57,473 nt of DNA. It comes from an uncultured Rhodopirellula sp. Its GTDB lineage: Bacteria; Planctomycetota; Planctomycetia; Pirellulales; Pirellulaceae. Position 1 is the first letter of the stretch. The number at the start of each line of letters is the position of its first letter. The notes under the pieces are model-generated. The model did not search any database, was not told where the DNA came from, and worked only from the letters and a program-made list of their open reading frames with translations. A program made the position numbers and the translations under genes. The stretch is taken from positions 1 through 57,473 of the forward strand of contig CAXGAI010000029.1 of the NCBI GenBank assembly GCA_964007735.1, read 5' to 3'. Shown here piece after piece: positions 1-10,275 of the stretch.

Positions 1-132
1 GCAAAATTTATAATTTCTACAACATTTAGACCAATAGAAGTATTTATAGTTGCAGGAAGTATTTATTTATTTATTACTTTTTTGGTTCATAACTTAATAA
101 AATACTTAGAAAAAAAATATAGATACCAATAA
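1..132 (+). CDS. C-terminal fragment of a polar amino-acid ABC transporter permease (partial, AT-rich segment)
   Basis: Frame 1 reads AKFIISTTFRPIEVFIVAGSIYLFITFLVHNLIKYLEKKYRYQ*, matching the typical HisM/GlnP-type permease C-terminus (tf.pfe.f..a..iYl); not in the ORF track because it is truncated. Confidence 0.75.
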   Translation, partial: AKFIISTTFRPIEVFIVAGSIYLFITFLVHNLIKYLEKKYRYQ

Positions 133-139
133 TTTAAGT

Positions 140-1330
140 TTATATTTTAAATTTAATAGAAGACCTTATCTTTTGGGAAACAAATTTAATAATTTTATTT
201 GTGAATGTGTAAAATTTTTTTTTGCCTATAGTCTCTTCAAGAAAAGCGATAAATAAAACAAGTATAATTGGATAAAAAGCAATTCTTGTCGCTCTTAAAT
301 CCCACTCAAAAATATCTCTTAAAAACTCTAAGTTTAATTGATCACCATCTACCAGAAAAAGCAAAAAAGTTAACAAAGTATATAAAAGAAATTTCCAGTT
401 CCAATAAACTGCTAAAGCGATTAAAGGAATAACTAAATATTGCGTATACATCATTGAAGAGAAAATAACTACAGCCATTAAATAAAAATAAAAACTTTCT
501 TTTAGTTTTTTATCTACAAATAAAAATCCTAAAATAACTAGCAATAAACTAAAAAGAGTTTGTAAACTAAAATACATATGAATAATTTTAGGTCCAAACA
601 TACCCCAAAAAGGCCCATCTTCTCTTTTCCAGTTTATTAAAACATTTTCATATACATATTGAAATTCATTTATTAAAAATGGAAAGAAACTTAAAATAAA
701 TATTGAGTAAGGCACAACAATCACAATTATTTTATTAATTATTTTCTTTTCTTTAAATGCCCACCATAATGGAAAAAAAATTAATATATGTTTGACAGCT
801 AAAGATATGCCTAGCAACAATGATGAAATTAAAATTCTTTTATTAATATTTTTATTCTCGTAAAGAAGAATTGAAAGAAAACCAAACAATATAGCATATT
901 GTGAAAATTGGTTATGGTGTCCAGTTATGATTATACTTATCGGATTTAAGAAAAAAAGAAGTCCAATTTTTAATGAGTAATTTCTAAAGAGTAATAAAAA
1001 AATTAAAAAATCTATAAAACTTAAAAATATAACAATTTTAATTCTATAAAATTCACCAGGAATATTTTGGACAAATTTAGTATTTTCTAATACTGGAAAG
1101 GATAAAGTATCCAATATGTATAAAGTATAAATCCAAGGAGTTGCATAAGTATAGTTTCCAAATTCATAAATACTTTTACCTTCTTTAAATAAATCTAAAT
1201 TCGCCTGCCATGAAGCAAAGTCCATGTTTGAACCAAATTGACATATCCAAACCCTTAAAAAAAAACCAACGAAAACGAATAAAATAAATAAATTTAATTC
1301 ATAATTAAATCTTTGATTTTTATAAACCAT
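140..1330 (-). CDS. Polytopic membrane protein, probable GT-C fold glycosyltransferase (GT87/mannosyltransferase-like), AT-rich segment
   Basis: 396 aa with about 10 hydrophobic helices; N-terminal D..S loop, Y.Y..PW, FFLNP.SI..TG.H.Q and ..AVKH motifs resemble GT-C/DUF2029 proteins. Confidence 0.55.
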   Translation of the reverse strand: MVYKNQRFNYELNLFILFVFVGFFLRVWICQFGSNMDFASWQANLDLFKEGKSIYEFGNYTYATPWIYTLYILDTLSFPVLENTKFVQNIPGEFYRIKIVIFLSFIDFLIFLLLFRNYSLKIGLLFFLNPISIIITGHHNQFSQYAILFGFLSILLYENKNINKRILISSLLLGISLAVKHILIFFPLWWAFKEKKIINKIIVIVVPYSIFILSFFPFLINEFQYVYENVLINWKREDGPFWGMFGPKIIHMYFSLQTLFSLLLVILGFLFVDKKLKESFYFYLMAVVIFSSMMYTQYLVIPLIALAVYWNWKFLLYTLLTFLLFLVDGDQLNLEFLRDIFEWDLRATRIAFYPIILVLFIAFLEETIGKKKFYTFTNKIIKFVSQKIRSSIKFKI

Positions 1331-1345
1331 AATTATTAATACTTT

Positions 1346-1590
1346 TTAGTAGTTTTTATATTCTTTAATTTCTTTAATTTTTGAACCCGTATAGTTATTA
1401 ATCTCTAATTTAATTTTTGCCCTCTTATCATTTAAAAAATGAACATCTCTAGAAAGTTTAATAAATTTTTCACTAAAATCTTTATTTTTTTCGCAAATTC
1501 TTTTATCATCTTCTATAACCCACAGTTTAGAATTAATTTCTTTGAGTGAATTAAAAAGATTTTTTAAATTCCCATCAATTTTTATATTGA
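1346..1590 (-). other. C-terminal part of a DUF6165-like small protein (SAR11-like), fused in frame at a probable chimeric junction
   Basis: LKEINSKLWVIEDDKRICEKNKDFSEKFIKLSRDVHFLNDKRAKIKLEIN..GS.IKEIKEY resembles DUF6165 proteins; AT-rich codon usage unlike the rest of the ORF. Confidence 0.65.
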
Positions 1591-4285
1591 ATTCAAAAGG
1601 AAGCCCACGAATCGAACTTCGGACGTCCATCGCAATATCAGCAATGGCTAGATTTAGGTCTTGTTGCGGAATATCGACAGACATTGGTACGTTCAATAGC
1701 TCGTTGATATTTTGGGGGGTGGTGGTAGCCGTTGGAATGCCGGGAACTGAACCGGCTCCGGCTTCGGAAGCCAGACTAAGTTCGCTGGCAAGCAATAGGT
1801 TGGGGGCAGCTTCGATGGGTAAAGCAATGTTCAGCACTGGGGTTTGATCTTCGACTTGGATTCGAGTTTGTGAATGCAGGAATCGAATCATGGCGGGGAA
1901 ACGGAAGGCCAACGCTCGCCAGTGCTTCGACGGATTAATGTCGACAATGTAACTTTCAATTCGTTCTGGGATTTCATTCATGCGATCACGCATTTGAGTG
2001 ATGAGTTCACGTTTGTCGACTGTTAGGCCGGCTGACATTCTGGCTTCCACGTAAAAAACCTGTTCAAAATGAAAACTGACGAGCATTGCTTCGAGTCCTT
2101 CCCCGAGTAACCATTGCAATGGTTCACGGACTTTCTTGGGGTCGCCAAAGTAAAACGTATTACCGTCCCGAAAAAGTGAAGTGAACAGGAAGCTGGGGGC
2201 AAGTAAAACATTGATATGACGTTGGTTGTCCGAATGTTTAAGCAGTTGTGTCATAGTGCGACGAAGTAGAGGAGGCTTACCTCCCCATTCGAGCGTTGCC
2301 TTTAGGGAGGAGGCTGGCCCAAATACGAGTACTCCGTCCTGTTCCGGAATCAAGGCGCGATACTGTCCCACCTGAAAGATAAGGCCGTTTTCGGTTTCTT
2401 CGGAATCCGGGTCACCAAGTAAGCCACTGCGTGTTCCGCGATCGAGGGCTTCAGACAGGTGGACGACCATGTTAGGTGTAGTACTCTGCCCCTGTTCATC
2501 CTCAAGCCAGCTAAGAATAATCCGATCGACTTTGTCGAGTGCCACACCGGTTGCCGTTTCAAAGGTCGAAATTGTTGATGAGACTTGAGGGCCAAATGCC
2601 TGCAAGACGGCCAGTCCGTTTTCCGTGGTGAGGAGGTCGGCGATGTTGATAGTGACAAACAATTGAGCTCCGGGAGGCGTCCAGGCTAAATCGACTGGAT
2701 CACCGTCGGTTGGAGATGCCCATAGTGTTTCGCCATCGTCCTCAATCAGCAATACACTACCTACGGTTTCGGTGGACGCGTCTTCATTGTTATCTGTCTC
2801 GTCGTCCGTATCTTTAGGAACAATTGGGGCTTCTGGATTCGTCTTTGTGACTTCTTTAGTAGTATCACCTTTGTTACGCTTGTCTTTCCCGTTGCTTTCG
2901 ATGGTGGTGTTATTCAGGAAAGCGAAGACCATTATAATTCCCAGCAGTCCCGCCCCGATGCCGCCCCATAGAATTGGATTAGACCAGGGAGATTTCTGTT
3001 TGCGACGGCTGTGACGGCGCGACGTACGAGCCGGTTTTGTAGTTGGTTTGATTTCTGCGGCCGGTTTTCGTTTAGCGGCTTCAGAGGAGGAAGCATTACT
3101 GCCCGGATTTGGTCTGATGTCTACCGCAGGATTGGGGGCCTCTGAGGCTGGTAACGGCCCCAGATTAAGGATGGCGCTTTCAGTTGTCAGAGCCGCTTCG
3201 TAATCGATTAAAGTTTCCTCAACCTCCTTTTGCCTGACCTGCTGGCGGAGAGATTCTGGTACAAGTAGCCCCAGCTTGTTAACGATTTCTTCTGCAGATT
3301 GAAAGCGTGTATCGGGGTTTTTCGCCATTAAGTAGTTAAGGAACTGAATGACATTGTCATCTACGCCGAATGGGGAAAGGTCATCGATTGGATCCTTAGC
3401 ATGTCGCTCAAGTTTCTCTTGGATCGAACCGCCGGGGAACGGAGTCATGCCGGTAAGCATTTGGAACAAGAGGCTTCCCAAACTATAGATGTCAGATTGT
3501 GCCGTAGGCATTGCTCCCGGAAATTGCCATTCGGGACTCATATAATCAGCTGCTTTGACAAATTGTTCATTGGATTCGTCTGCTGGTAAGCTGAGCGGCC
3601 TTAATGTTTGCTCGGCTGGCAACAATAGCTTGACTCGGTTTTGTTGGTCTAGCCAGACCTGATCTGGTGTCAGTAGGCCAAACAGCGTTTTGCATTGATG
3701 AAGATGGGCTAAGGCTCCTGCGACCTGCCAGGCAATAAAGCAGGCGGTTGTACTATCTAACCGAGCCGTAGAACGTAACTTGTCTGCCAATGAAGCGAAT
3801 CCATCGGTGCCCACGCCCGGATCTTCCAACACGATATAGCGATAGGATGTTTGATCTATCAAATCGTATATTCGCCAAACGTTGGTATCCTTGATCGTTG
3901 CTGTTACCTTGGCTCGCTCAGTGACCTGTGCCCAAACAACGGGGTTTTTGAATTCATCACCTTTGAGAAAACGCAAGACGACTGGATGTCCTGTATCCTT
4001 GTGCCTTGCTTGGAATCCGCCCTTTAGCGAACCTTTGGAGATGCGGTTTTGTACTCGGTAACGTCCAAAGTCAAAGGGGCCTTTGTGACCCTTGAGTAAT
4101 ACCGTCGCCTGATAGTTGGTAAGCTTACCGTTTTTAATCAACCAGGCTGCGATACTCTTAGCTTGATCCAATTCAGGATTCTTGACGACAAGTTTAGCAA
4201 ACTGTTGACGCAACGCCACACACTCCTGGTTTTCCAGTAGTTTGCTTTCGCGAAAATTGAGCCAAAATTCAGAGGGAGTGGTCAT
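1570..4285 (-). CDS. Membrane-anchored Ser/Thr protein kinase-like protein (degenerate kinase domain, TM helix, large extracytoplasmic domain); true 3' end lost at junction
   Basis: Planctomycete-type N-terminus (LT.YQA..LL.G..GP..FG.Y), YMSPE and SDIYSLG kinase C-lobe motifs, TM segment ILWGGIGAGLLGIIMVFAFL; likely start ATG at 4285. Confidence 0.75.
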
Positions 4286-4295
4286 GTCTTCATTA

Positions 4296-5375
4296 TTAGT
4301 ATTGTGCACCTGATCCGGAAAGCTCCCGGCTACCGTCTAGTACCTCGTTTACCGTCTTGATAATGATTCCACAGGCTGTGGAAACTTGTTCGGTTGTGAC
4401 ATCTAGATGAGTTACCAACCGAATTCGCTGTGGCCCCAAGGCTAGACATCGAACACCTTGCGAGTCTAGTTCACCGGTAAGTGCCGCGGCCGTTCCAACT
4501 TTTTTATCAATATCCATCATGACGATGTTCGTGTCGACCGGGCCTGGTAATGAGAGTCCGTCTGTGGTCTTGATCATAGATGCAAGTTGCTGAGCGTTTT
4601 CATGGTCTTGCGTCATGCGTTCCACGTTGTTTTGCAAAGCGAATAGAGCACCGGCAGCGATGATGCCTGCCTGACGCATGCCACCTCCAAATGCTTTGCG
4701 GTGTCGACGAGCGTAATACATTTGTTCTTTGGTACCGCAAAGTGCTGAACCGACAGGCGCTCCCAGCCCTTTGCTAAAACAGATAGAAACGGTGTCGAAG
4801 TGACTGGCCCATTCCTTTGCCGAGATTCCTGTGGCTGCCACAGCGTTGAATAGTCTTGCTCCGTCGAGGTGAGTCTTTAACCCGTTTTCATGCGCCCATT
4901 GACAAATCTGTTCAACATTTTCGTAAGGTTGGACTCGGCCACCACCTCGGTTGTGTGTGTTTTCCAAACATAGAAGTTTGGTAATCGGGAAGTGTTCGTT
5001 ATCGGCTTTGATTGTTCCGAGTAGTTGATCTGGTTCGAGGATACCGTTGTTGCCTGTAATGAGTGATGGTGAAAGCCCACTAAGCGAGGCGTAGGCGCCT
5101 TGCTCATAATTGTAGATATGACAACCTGACTCACAGATAAACTCATCGCCAGGACGGCAGTGAACTCGTAGGCCGATTTGGTTTGTCATTGTTCCTGATG
5201 GCATAAAGACGGCAGCTTCTTTACCGGTCAGCTCTGCAATTAATTCCTGTAATGCTCCCACGGTTGGGTCGACATCAATGACATCATCGTCGACTTCACA
5301 ATTTGCGATGAAGTCTCTCATCGCTGCGGAGGGTTTGGTTACGGTGTCGCTACGGAGATCAATGGATAGGGTCAT
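4296..5375 (-). CDS. ltaE: Low-specificity L-threonine aldolase
   Basis: IDLRSDTVT, PSGTMTNQ, LENTHN, HLDGAR and CFSKGLGAPVGS motifs. Confidence 0.93.
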   Translation of the reverse strand: MTLSIDLRSDTVTKPSAAMRDFIANCEVDDDVIDVDPTVGALQELIAELTGKEAAVFMPSGTMTNQIGLRVHCRPGDEFICESGCHIYNYEQGAYASLSGLSPSLITGNNGILEPDQLLGTIKADNEHFPITKLLCLENTHNRGGGRVQPYENVEQICQWAHENGLKTHLDGARLFNAVAATGISAKEWASHFDTVSICFSKGLGAPVGSALCGTKEQMYYARRHRKAFGGGMRQAGIIAAGALFALQNNVERMTQDHENAQQLASMIKTTDGLSLPGPVDTNIVMMDIDKKVGTAAALTGELDSQGVRCLALGPQRIRLVTHLDVTTEQVSTACGIIIKTVNEVLDGSRELSGSGAQY

Positions 5376-5696
5376 AGTGATAATCGAGCCAGAGCTCTCG
5401 AACGGGAATTGGATTTGGAAAAGTTGACAATAGGCCTGACACTTATCTGGTCTCCTTCCATTATGAAGCCCTGAAAAGCCGCTGGGAATTACCTCGAAGA
5501 GGATTAACCGTGATTATGTTGAAATCCGATTGAATTTCCGGCGATGTGGTATACATCGCTGGGGTTTATAGATGAGGGGATATCGGCTATTTCGGGACAC
5601 CTAATCCGAGTCATGAATTGCGGGGTTACCAAATCACCAGTCTCTGACCACAATGGATAATGAAAGAAAGTGACCCGCAAAGCACCTGTTTTAGCC

Positions 5697-7061
5697 ATGT
5701 TAGACTCGCCTCTTAATATTCAACGTATCGACACTCGACGCGACAATGTCCACGAGGCTTTGGCATTGTTGCGCGAGAAGCTGTCACCTCAGGGAAATAT
5801 TGTGAGCGAAGCAGGTCGGCAGCGCACGATTGCCGTATTTGGTGAACCATTGACGCCTCAACAGGTTGTTGAACGGATTTGTTCTGAAGTCCAGCGAGAT
5901 GGTTTGTCGGCTGTCCTGAAATATAATCAATTGCTCGATGGGGCTGAGCTAACGGTAGACACACTGCGTGTAAGCCGCCAGGAGTTGGAAGCAGCTCATG
6001 CGTCAGCAGCTCCGGAGTTTTTGGCAACGATCCGCCGAATCCGAGATAATATTATCGAGTTTCAAACGGCGATTCTCCACAAAGAGGTTGGTATTCAGCG
6101 AGATTCCGGTGTAAAGCTGACACAACGTTATACACCAATGAAACGCGCAGGCTTGTGTGTGCCTGGCGGGGCAGCAGCCTACCCTTCTACCGTTTTGATG
6201 GCCGCAGTTCCGGCTCTGGCGGCAGGGGTTGCTGATATTGCAGTCATGGCTCCGCCGACAGATTTTGGCTCTAATAATCCAGATCTACTAGCGACCTGTC
6301 ATGAGATTGGAATTAAAGAAGTTTATCGCATGGGTGGGGCTCATGGAGTGGCCGCTTTGGCCTATGGCCTCGAAAACCTTGCTCCGGTTGATATTGTTGT
6401 TGGCCCGGGTAACCTGTTTGTAGCATTGGCTAAAAAGTTAGTTTTTGGTCACGTCGCGATTGATTCGATTGCCGGACCAAGCGAAGTCGTTGTCATTGCT
6501 GATCAGACAACTCGGGCGGATTACACAGCAGCCGATTTGTTGGCTCAAGCGGAACATGCTCCCGGAGCAAGTATTCTGGTGACATGGAGCGAAGATGTGT
6601 TGGAAAAGACGGCAAGAGAACTGGAACGTCAGGTTGCAACACTCAGTCGTGAAGATCTCACTCGTCAAAGCTTGGAAGATTTCGGGGCTCTGATTTTGGT
6701 GAAAGATCAGGATGAGGCAGTGGAGATTACTAATTTAATTTGTCCTGAGCACTTACACATTGCTGTGGAAGAGCCCTATGATTTGCAGCAGCGACTGACA
6801 ACTGCCGGGGCGACATTTCTGGGGAACTACACACCTGTGGCATTAGGGGACTATGTCGCGGGGCCTTCACATACACTGCCGACGGCTGGTACGGCACGTT
6901 GGGCATCCGGTTTGTGTTCGAACGATTTTCTGCGTTCAAGCAGTGTCTTGGAATTCACCCGTGAGGCAATGCTTGAAGTGGTCGGTGATGTCCGGCAAAT
7001 GGCAGACAAAGAAGGGCTTACTGCTCACCGGGCTAGTGTCGACATTCGTGTGGACGGTTGA
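5697..7061 (+). CDS. hisD: Histidinol dehydrogenase
   Basis: VPGG..AYPSTVLM, GPGN.FV..AK, IAGPSE, QAEH, PEHL, GDY.AGPSH.LPT motifs; ATG 5697 preferred over GTG 5670. Confidence 0.95.
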   Translation: MLDSPLNIQRIDTRRDNVHEALALLREKLSPQGNIVSEAGRQRTIAVFGEPLTPQQVVERICSEVQRDGLSAVLKYNQLLDGAELTVDTLRVSRQELEAAHASAAPEFLATIRRIRDNIIEFQTAILHKEVGIQRDSGVKLTQRYTPMKRAGLCVPGGAAAYPSTVLMAAVPALAAGVADIAVMAPPTDFGSNNPDLLATCHEIGIKEVYRMGGAHGVAALAYGLENLAPVDIVVGPGNLFVALAKKLVFGHVAIDSIAGPSEVVVIADQTTRADYTAADLLAQAEHAPGASILVTWSEDVLEKTARELERQVATLSREDLTRQSLEDFGALILVKDQDEAVEITNLICPEHLHIAVEEPYDLQQRLTTAGATFLGNYTPVALGDYVAGPSHTLPTAGTARWASGLCSNDFLRSSSVLEFTREAMLEVVGDVRQMADKEGLTAHRASVDIRVDG

Positions 7062-7086
7062 GTAAATATATTTGAGTATTGATTCG

Positions 7087-8130
7087 ATGACATTTGTACG
7101 AGATAACATTTCGCGATTAGCAGGGTATGTGCCTGGTGAACAGCCACAGGGTGGTAAGTTCATTAAGCTCAATACCAACGAGAATCCGTACCCGCCCTCT
7201 GTCAAGGTAGTCGAAGCGATTCAGGTCGCTGCGGAAAAGCTGGTTCGCTATCCGGATCCGGTCTCTACTGCCTTTCGATTAGCGGCAGGCGAAGCGTTGG
7301 ATGTTGATCCGGATTGGATTGTATCCGGCAACGGCAGTGACGATATTCTCACAATACTGACGCGATCTTTTGTGGGTCAGGGGGACTTGATTCGTTTGCC
7401 TAATCCCAGCTACATCTTGTACCGGACTTTGGCTGAGATTCAAGGCGCGGATTATCAAGAGGTGGATTTTCATGACGACTGGTCGTTGCCGGAATCCTTT
7501 TCTGCTAACGATAATCGCTTGAAATTGGTCTTCCTCCCTAATCCGAACAGTCCTACGGGTACTGTTGTTAGCCAGACAGAGATTCTTGAACTGGCAGATC
7601 GGTTACCCTGCCCAATTCTGATTGATGAAGCCTATGTAGACTTTGCTGAATTCAACTGTATCGATTTGGTGAAGAAGAATGAAAAAATCATGGTGTCGCG
7701 TACACTGAGTAAGTCTTACGGACTGGCGGGCCTGCGATTTGGTTTTTTAGTGGCTCAGCCAACCATTATCGAACAGTTGTTGAAGGTGAAGGACTCCTAC
7801 AACTGCGACGCCTTGTCAATTGCCGGTGCTACGGCGGCCATTTCTGACCAACAATGGTTGCAGGGAAATGTTGCAAAGATCAAAGCGACACGTCAGACAT
7901 TACAGGAAAAACTGACACAATTGGGATTTGATGTAATACCGTCACAAGCCAACTTTGTATGGTGTACGCACCCCACGTCTGAAGTAAAGCCTATTTACGA
8001 GTATCTCAAAGAGAACCGCATCCTGGTGCGGTATATGAGCTATCCTAACTGGAAGGAAGGTCTTCGTATTAGCGTGGGGACCGATGACCAGATAAATGCT
8101 TGTTTGAGTTTAATTCAAAGTAAGGTGTGA
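7087..8130 (+). CDS. hisC: Histidinol-phosphate aminotransferase
   Basis: KLNTNENPY, GNGSD, PNSPTG, DEAY, RTLSKSYGLAGLR; sits between hisD and hisB. Confidence 0.95.
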   Translation: MTFVRDNISRLAGYVPGEQPQGGKFIKLNTNENPYPPSVKVVEAIQVAAEKLVRYPDPVSTAFRLAAGEALDVDPDWIVSGNGSDDILTILTRSFVGQGDLIRLPNPSYILYRTLAEIQGADYQEVDFHDDWSLPESFSANDNRLKLVFLPNPNSPTGTVVSQTEILELADRLPCPILIDEAYVDFAEFNCIDLVKKNEKIMVSRTLSKSYGLAGLRFGFLVAQPTIIEQLLKVKDSYNCDALSIAGATAAISDQQWLQGNVAKIKATRQTLQEKLTQLGFDVIPSQANFVWCTHPTSEVKPIYEYLKENRILVRYMSYPNWKEGLRISVGTDDQINACLSLIQSKV

Positions 8131-8133
8131 CCG

Positions 8134-8724
8134 ATGGCTCGTACGGCTGAAATTGATCGTAAGACTGCCGAAACAGACATCCAACTTTCTATCAACCTTG
8201 ATGGTAGTGGCCAATCTGATATTCAGACGGGTGTTGGATTCTTTGACCATATGCTGGAGTTGTTTGCCAAGCATGCAGTGATTGACCTCACCGTTCGCGC
8301 CAACGGTGACTTGCACGTGGATCAACATCACACAGTTGAAGACACAGGGATATGTCTCGGCCAGGCTGTAAAGGAAGCTCTGGGTGACAAAGCAGGTATT
8401 CGCCGCTATGGCCACTTTTCCCTGCCAATGGAAGAGACATTGGTGAATGTAGTGATTGATTTGAGTGGTCGTTACTACATGGTATTCAATGCTGATTTCC
8501 CGAGTTCCAAGATCGGTGATTTTGACAGTGAGTTGGTAGAGGATTTTTGGCAGGCTTTTGCCGCGAATGTACTGGGGAACTATCACGTGAACGTTCACTA
8601 CGGCCGCAATAGTCATCACATTAGTGAAGGGATCTTCAAGTGTACTGCTCGGGCTTTTCGTATGGCAATCGAAGCCGATCCCCGAATGGAAGGTGTCATT
8701 CCTTCAACCAAGGGGACCCTTTAA
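8134..8724 (+). CDS. hisB: Imidazoleglycerol-phosphate dehydratase
   Basis: R.T.ET.I, FFDHML, D.HHTVED, N.HH..E..FK, PSTKG.L. Confidence 0.96.
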   Translation: MARTAEIDRKTAETDIQLSINLDGSGQSDIQTGVGFFDHMLELFAKHAVIDLTVRANGDLHVDQHHTVEDTGICLGQAVKEALGDKAGIRRYGHFSLPMEETLVNVVIDLSGRYYMVFNADFPSSKIGDFDSELVEDFWQAFAANVLGNYHVNVHYGRNSHHISEGIFKCTARAFRMAIEADPRMEGVIPSTKGTL

Positions 8725-8746
8725 GATCGTCGCGAAAATTGACAAT

Positions 8747-8785
8747 AAAAAAGAGCTGGGACTATTATTCCCCAGCTCTTTTTTT
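8747..8785. terminator. Bidirectional intrinsic terminator between hisB and pfk
   Basis: AAAAAAGAGCTGGG-loop-CCCAGCTCTTTTTTT inverted repeat with A/T tails between convergent genes. Confidence 0.9.
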
Positions 8786-8805
8786 GTGTAGCTGATAATT
8801 GATCT

Positions 8806-10113
8806 TTAATCGATATCCTGTTCTAAGTATCGTGCGAGCTTGTGAAAGTCACTGTCTGTTTTGATGTAACGGACAACAGTTACCAGATTCTCCGGATCAA
8901 CAAGTTCTTCAAACGGCACATAACGCAGGTCGAACTGATTCTTGACACTGACCATCACACCATCCAGTCCTTCTTCCACTAAAGCTCGAAATGCCCCGAC
9001 CCCTAACTGGCTTCCCAGCATAACGTCGAACGCAGTAGGCTGAGTACAGCGGGATTCATATCCCAACTGTAGGCCGTTGATTTTACGAGTTTTACCGGTT
9101 GCCGTTTCATAAGCAGCACTCAGTCGTTTGGTCAGGATTTGGCAAAGATTGATTTGGGAAATGGCAATGTGTCCATGGTCGTCACGTGGGATACCTTCCA
9201 GATAGCTGTACGGGAGATATTCGGCCAGACCTTCCGCCACCACAATGACACCGAACTCTTTGCCCTGCTCTTCGCGTTTTATCATCGTGCGAACAGAACG
9301 GTCCATCAGTTTGTCCATGTTCATGATTTTGCGAGTTTCTTCTTGGCCGGTCGCTGGATTGGTTATTGTTTCCTCAGCTGCATAGTCTCCTTCAACATCT
9401 TCAACGCTAATTGCAAGGCAGGCTTCACCTGAAATCGCCGCTCCATAGGCCAGCCAGCCTGCACTGCGTCCCATTGCTTCGCAGAGGAAATAAGCACGAC
9501 CTGCCGCTGCATCGAACATGAGATTCCGGATTTCAGTTGCCAGGAAATCAACGGCCGAGAAAAATCCAAAAGTAAAGTCGATCCCCATGTAGTCGTTATC
9601 GATCGTCTTTGGCAGGTGGACAACCGGAATCTTCACGTTATCGTCCCCGAGTGTATCCTGAAACAGCTTGAACTTATTGGCTGTTTTCAGGGTGTCATCA
9701 CCGCCGATCGAAATAAAGGCATCTACATTGAGAGAACGTAGGGCATTGTATGTGCGAAGCATTGGAGCGGTTCGTTCCGGATCGTTCAGGTGCTCAGGTT
9801 TGGAAATCACCTTCCCCGGGTTTGCTCGGGCAGTGCCAATGATAATGCCGGGAGTTGTACGAGCTCTTTCCAGAGATTCTTCCCCAAGAATGATGTAATC
9901 TTTACCCTCTTCAAGCGGCCTGTTTCCGTCGTATTCCTGCAGTGAGGAATAACCATGTCGGATACCAATGACTTCCGTCCCTCCGCGGGTGAAGGCAATC
10001 GCTGCGGCACCGATAACTGAGTTCGCGGCAGGAGCCGGACCACCTGAAAATAGGATTGCGACACGTTTAATAGGATTCTCAGTTGTCTTAGGTCTTGCCA
10101 GCGGATCGCTCAT
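8806..10113 (-). CDS. pfp: Phosphofructokinase, probably pyrophosphate-dependent
   Basis: SGGPAP, IGTAR, GGDDT, PKTIDND, MGR, GYESR motifs; GGDD plus K in PKTIDND indicates PPi specificity; likely start ATG 10113. Confidence 0.85.
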   Translation of the reverse strand: MSDPLARPKTTENPIKRVAILFSGGPAPAANSVIGAAAIAFTRGGTEVIGIRHGYSSLQEYDGNRPLEEGKDYIILGEESLERARTTPGIIIGTARANPGKVISKPEHLNDPERTAPMLRTYNALRSLNVDAFISIGGDDTLKTANKFKLFQDTLGDDNVKIPVVHLPKTIDNDYMGIDFTFGFFSAVDFLATEIRNLMFDAAAGRAYFLCEAMGRSAGWLAYGAAISGEACLAISVEDVEGDYAAEETITNPATGQEETRKIMNMDKLMDRSVRTMIKREEQGKEFGVIVVAEGLAEYLPYSYLEGIPRDDHGHIAISQINLCQILTKRLSAAYETATGKTRKINGLQLGYESRCTQPTAFDVMLGSQLGVGAFRALVEEGLDGVMVSVKNQFDLRYVPFEELVDPENLVTVVRYIKTDSDFHKLARYLEQDID

Positions 10114-10275
10114 GACGGAATAAGCTCCAGAGTTGTTGAATGCATTAAAATTGTTAGCAAAACCTAAGTTTAAGCTTAGCTTGAAAGATCGAAAACCACG
10201 GCCTGTAAAAAACCGACAAGGCAATACGCAATGCCAGACAGGTCCGGGAAATAGTTCAGATCGCAATATTTACTT

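Noticed and set aside
1346..4309. 987-aa kinase-DUF6165 fusion as a novel protein
   Set aside because: The composition break inside the ORF points to an assembly chimera rather than a real fusion
10114..10266. N-terminal extension of PFK; similar extensions for argG (26921-26998) and menG (17055-17156)
   Set aside because: ORF-caller artefacts from upstream alternative starts; conserved domains begin at downstream ATGs
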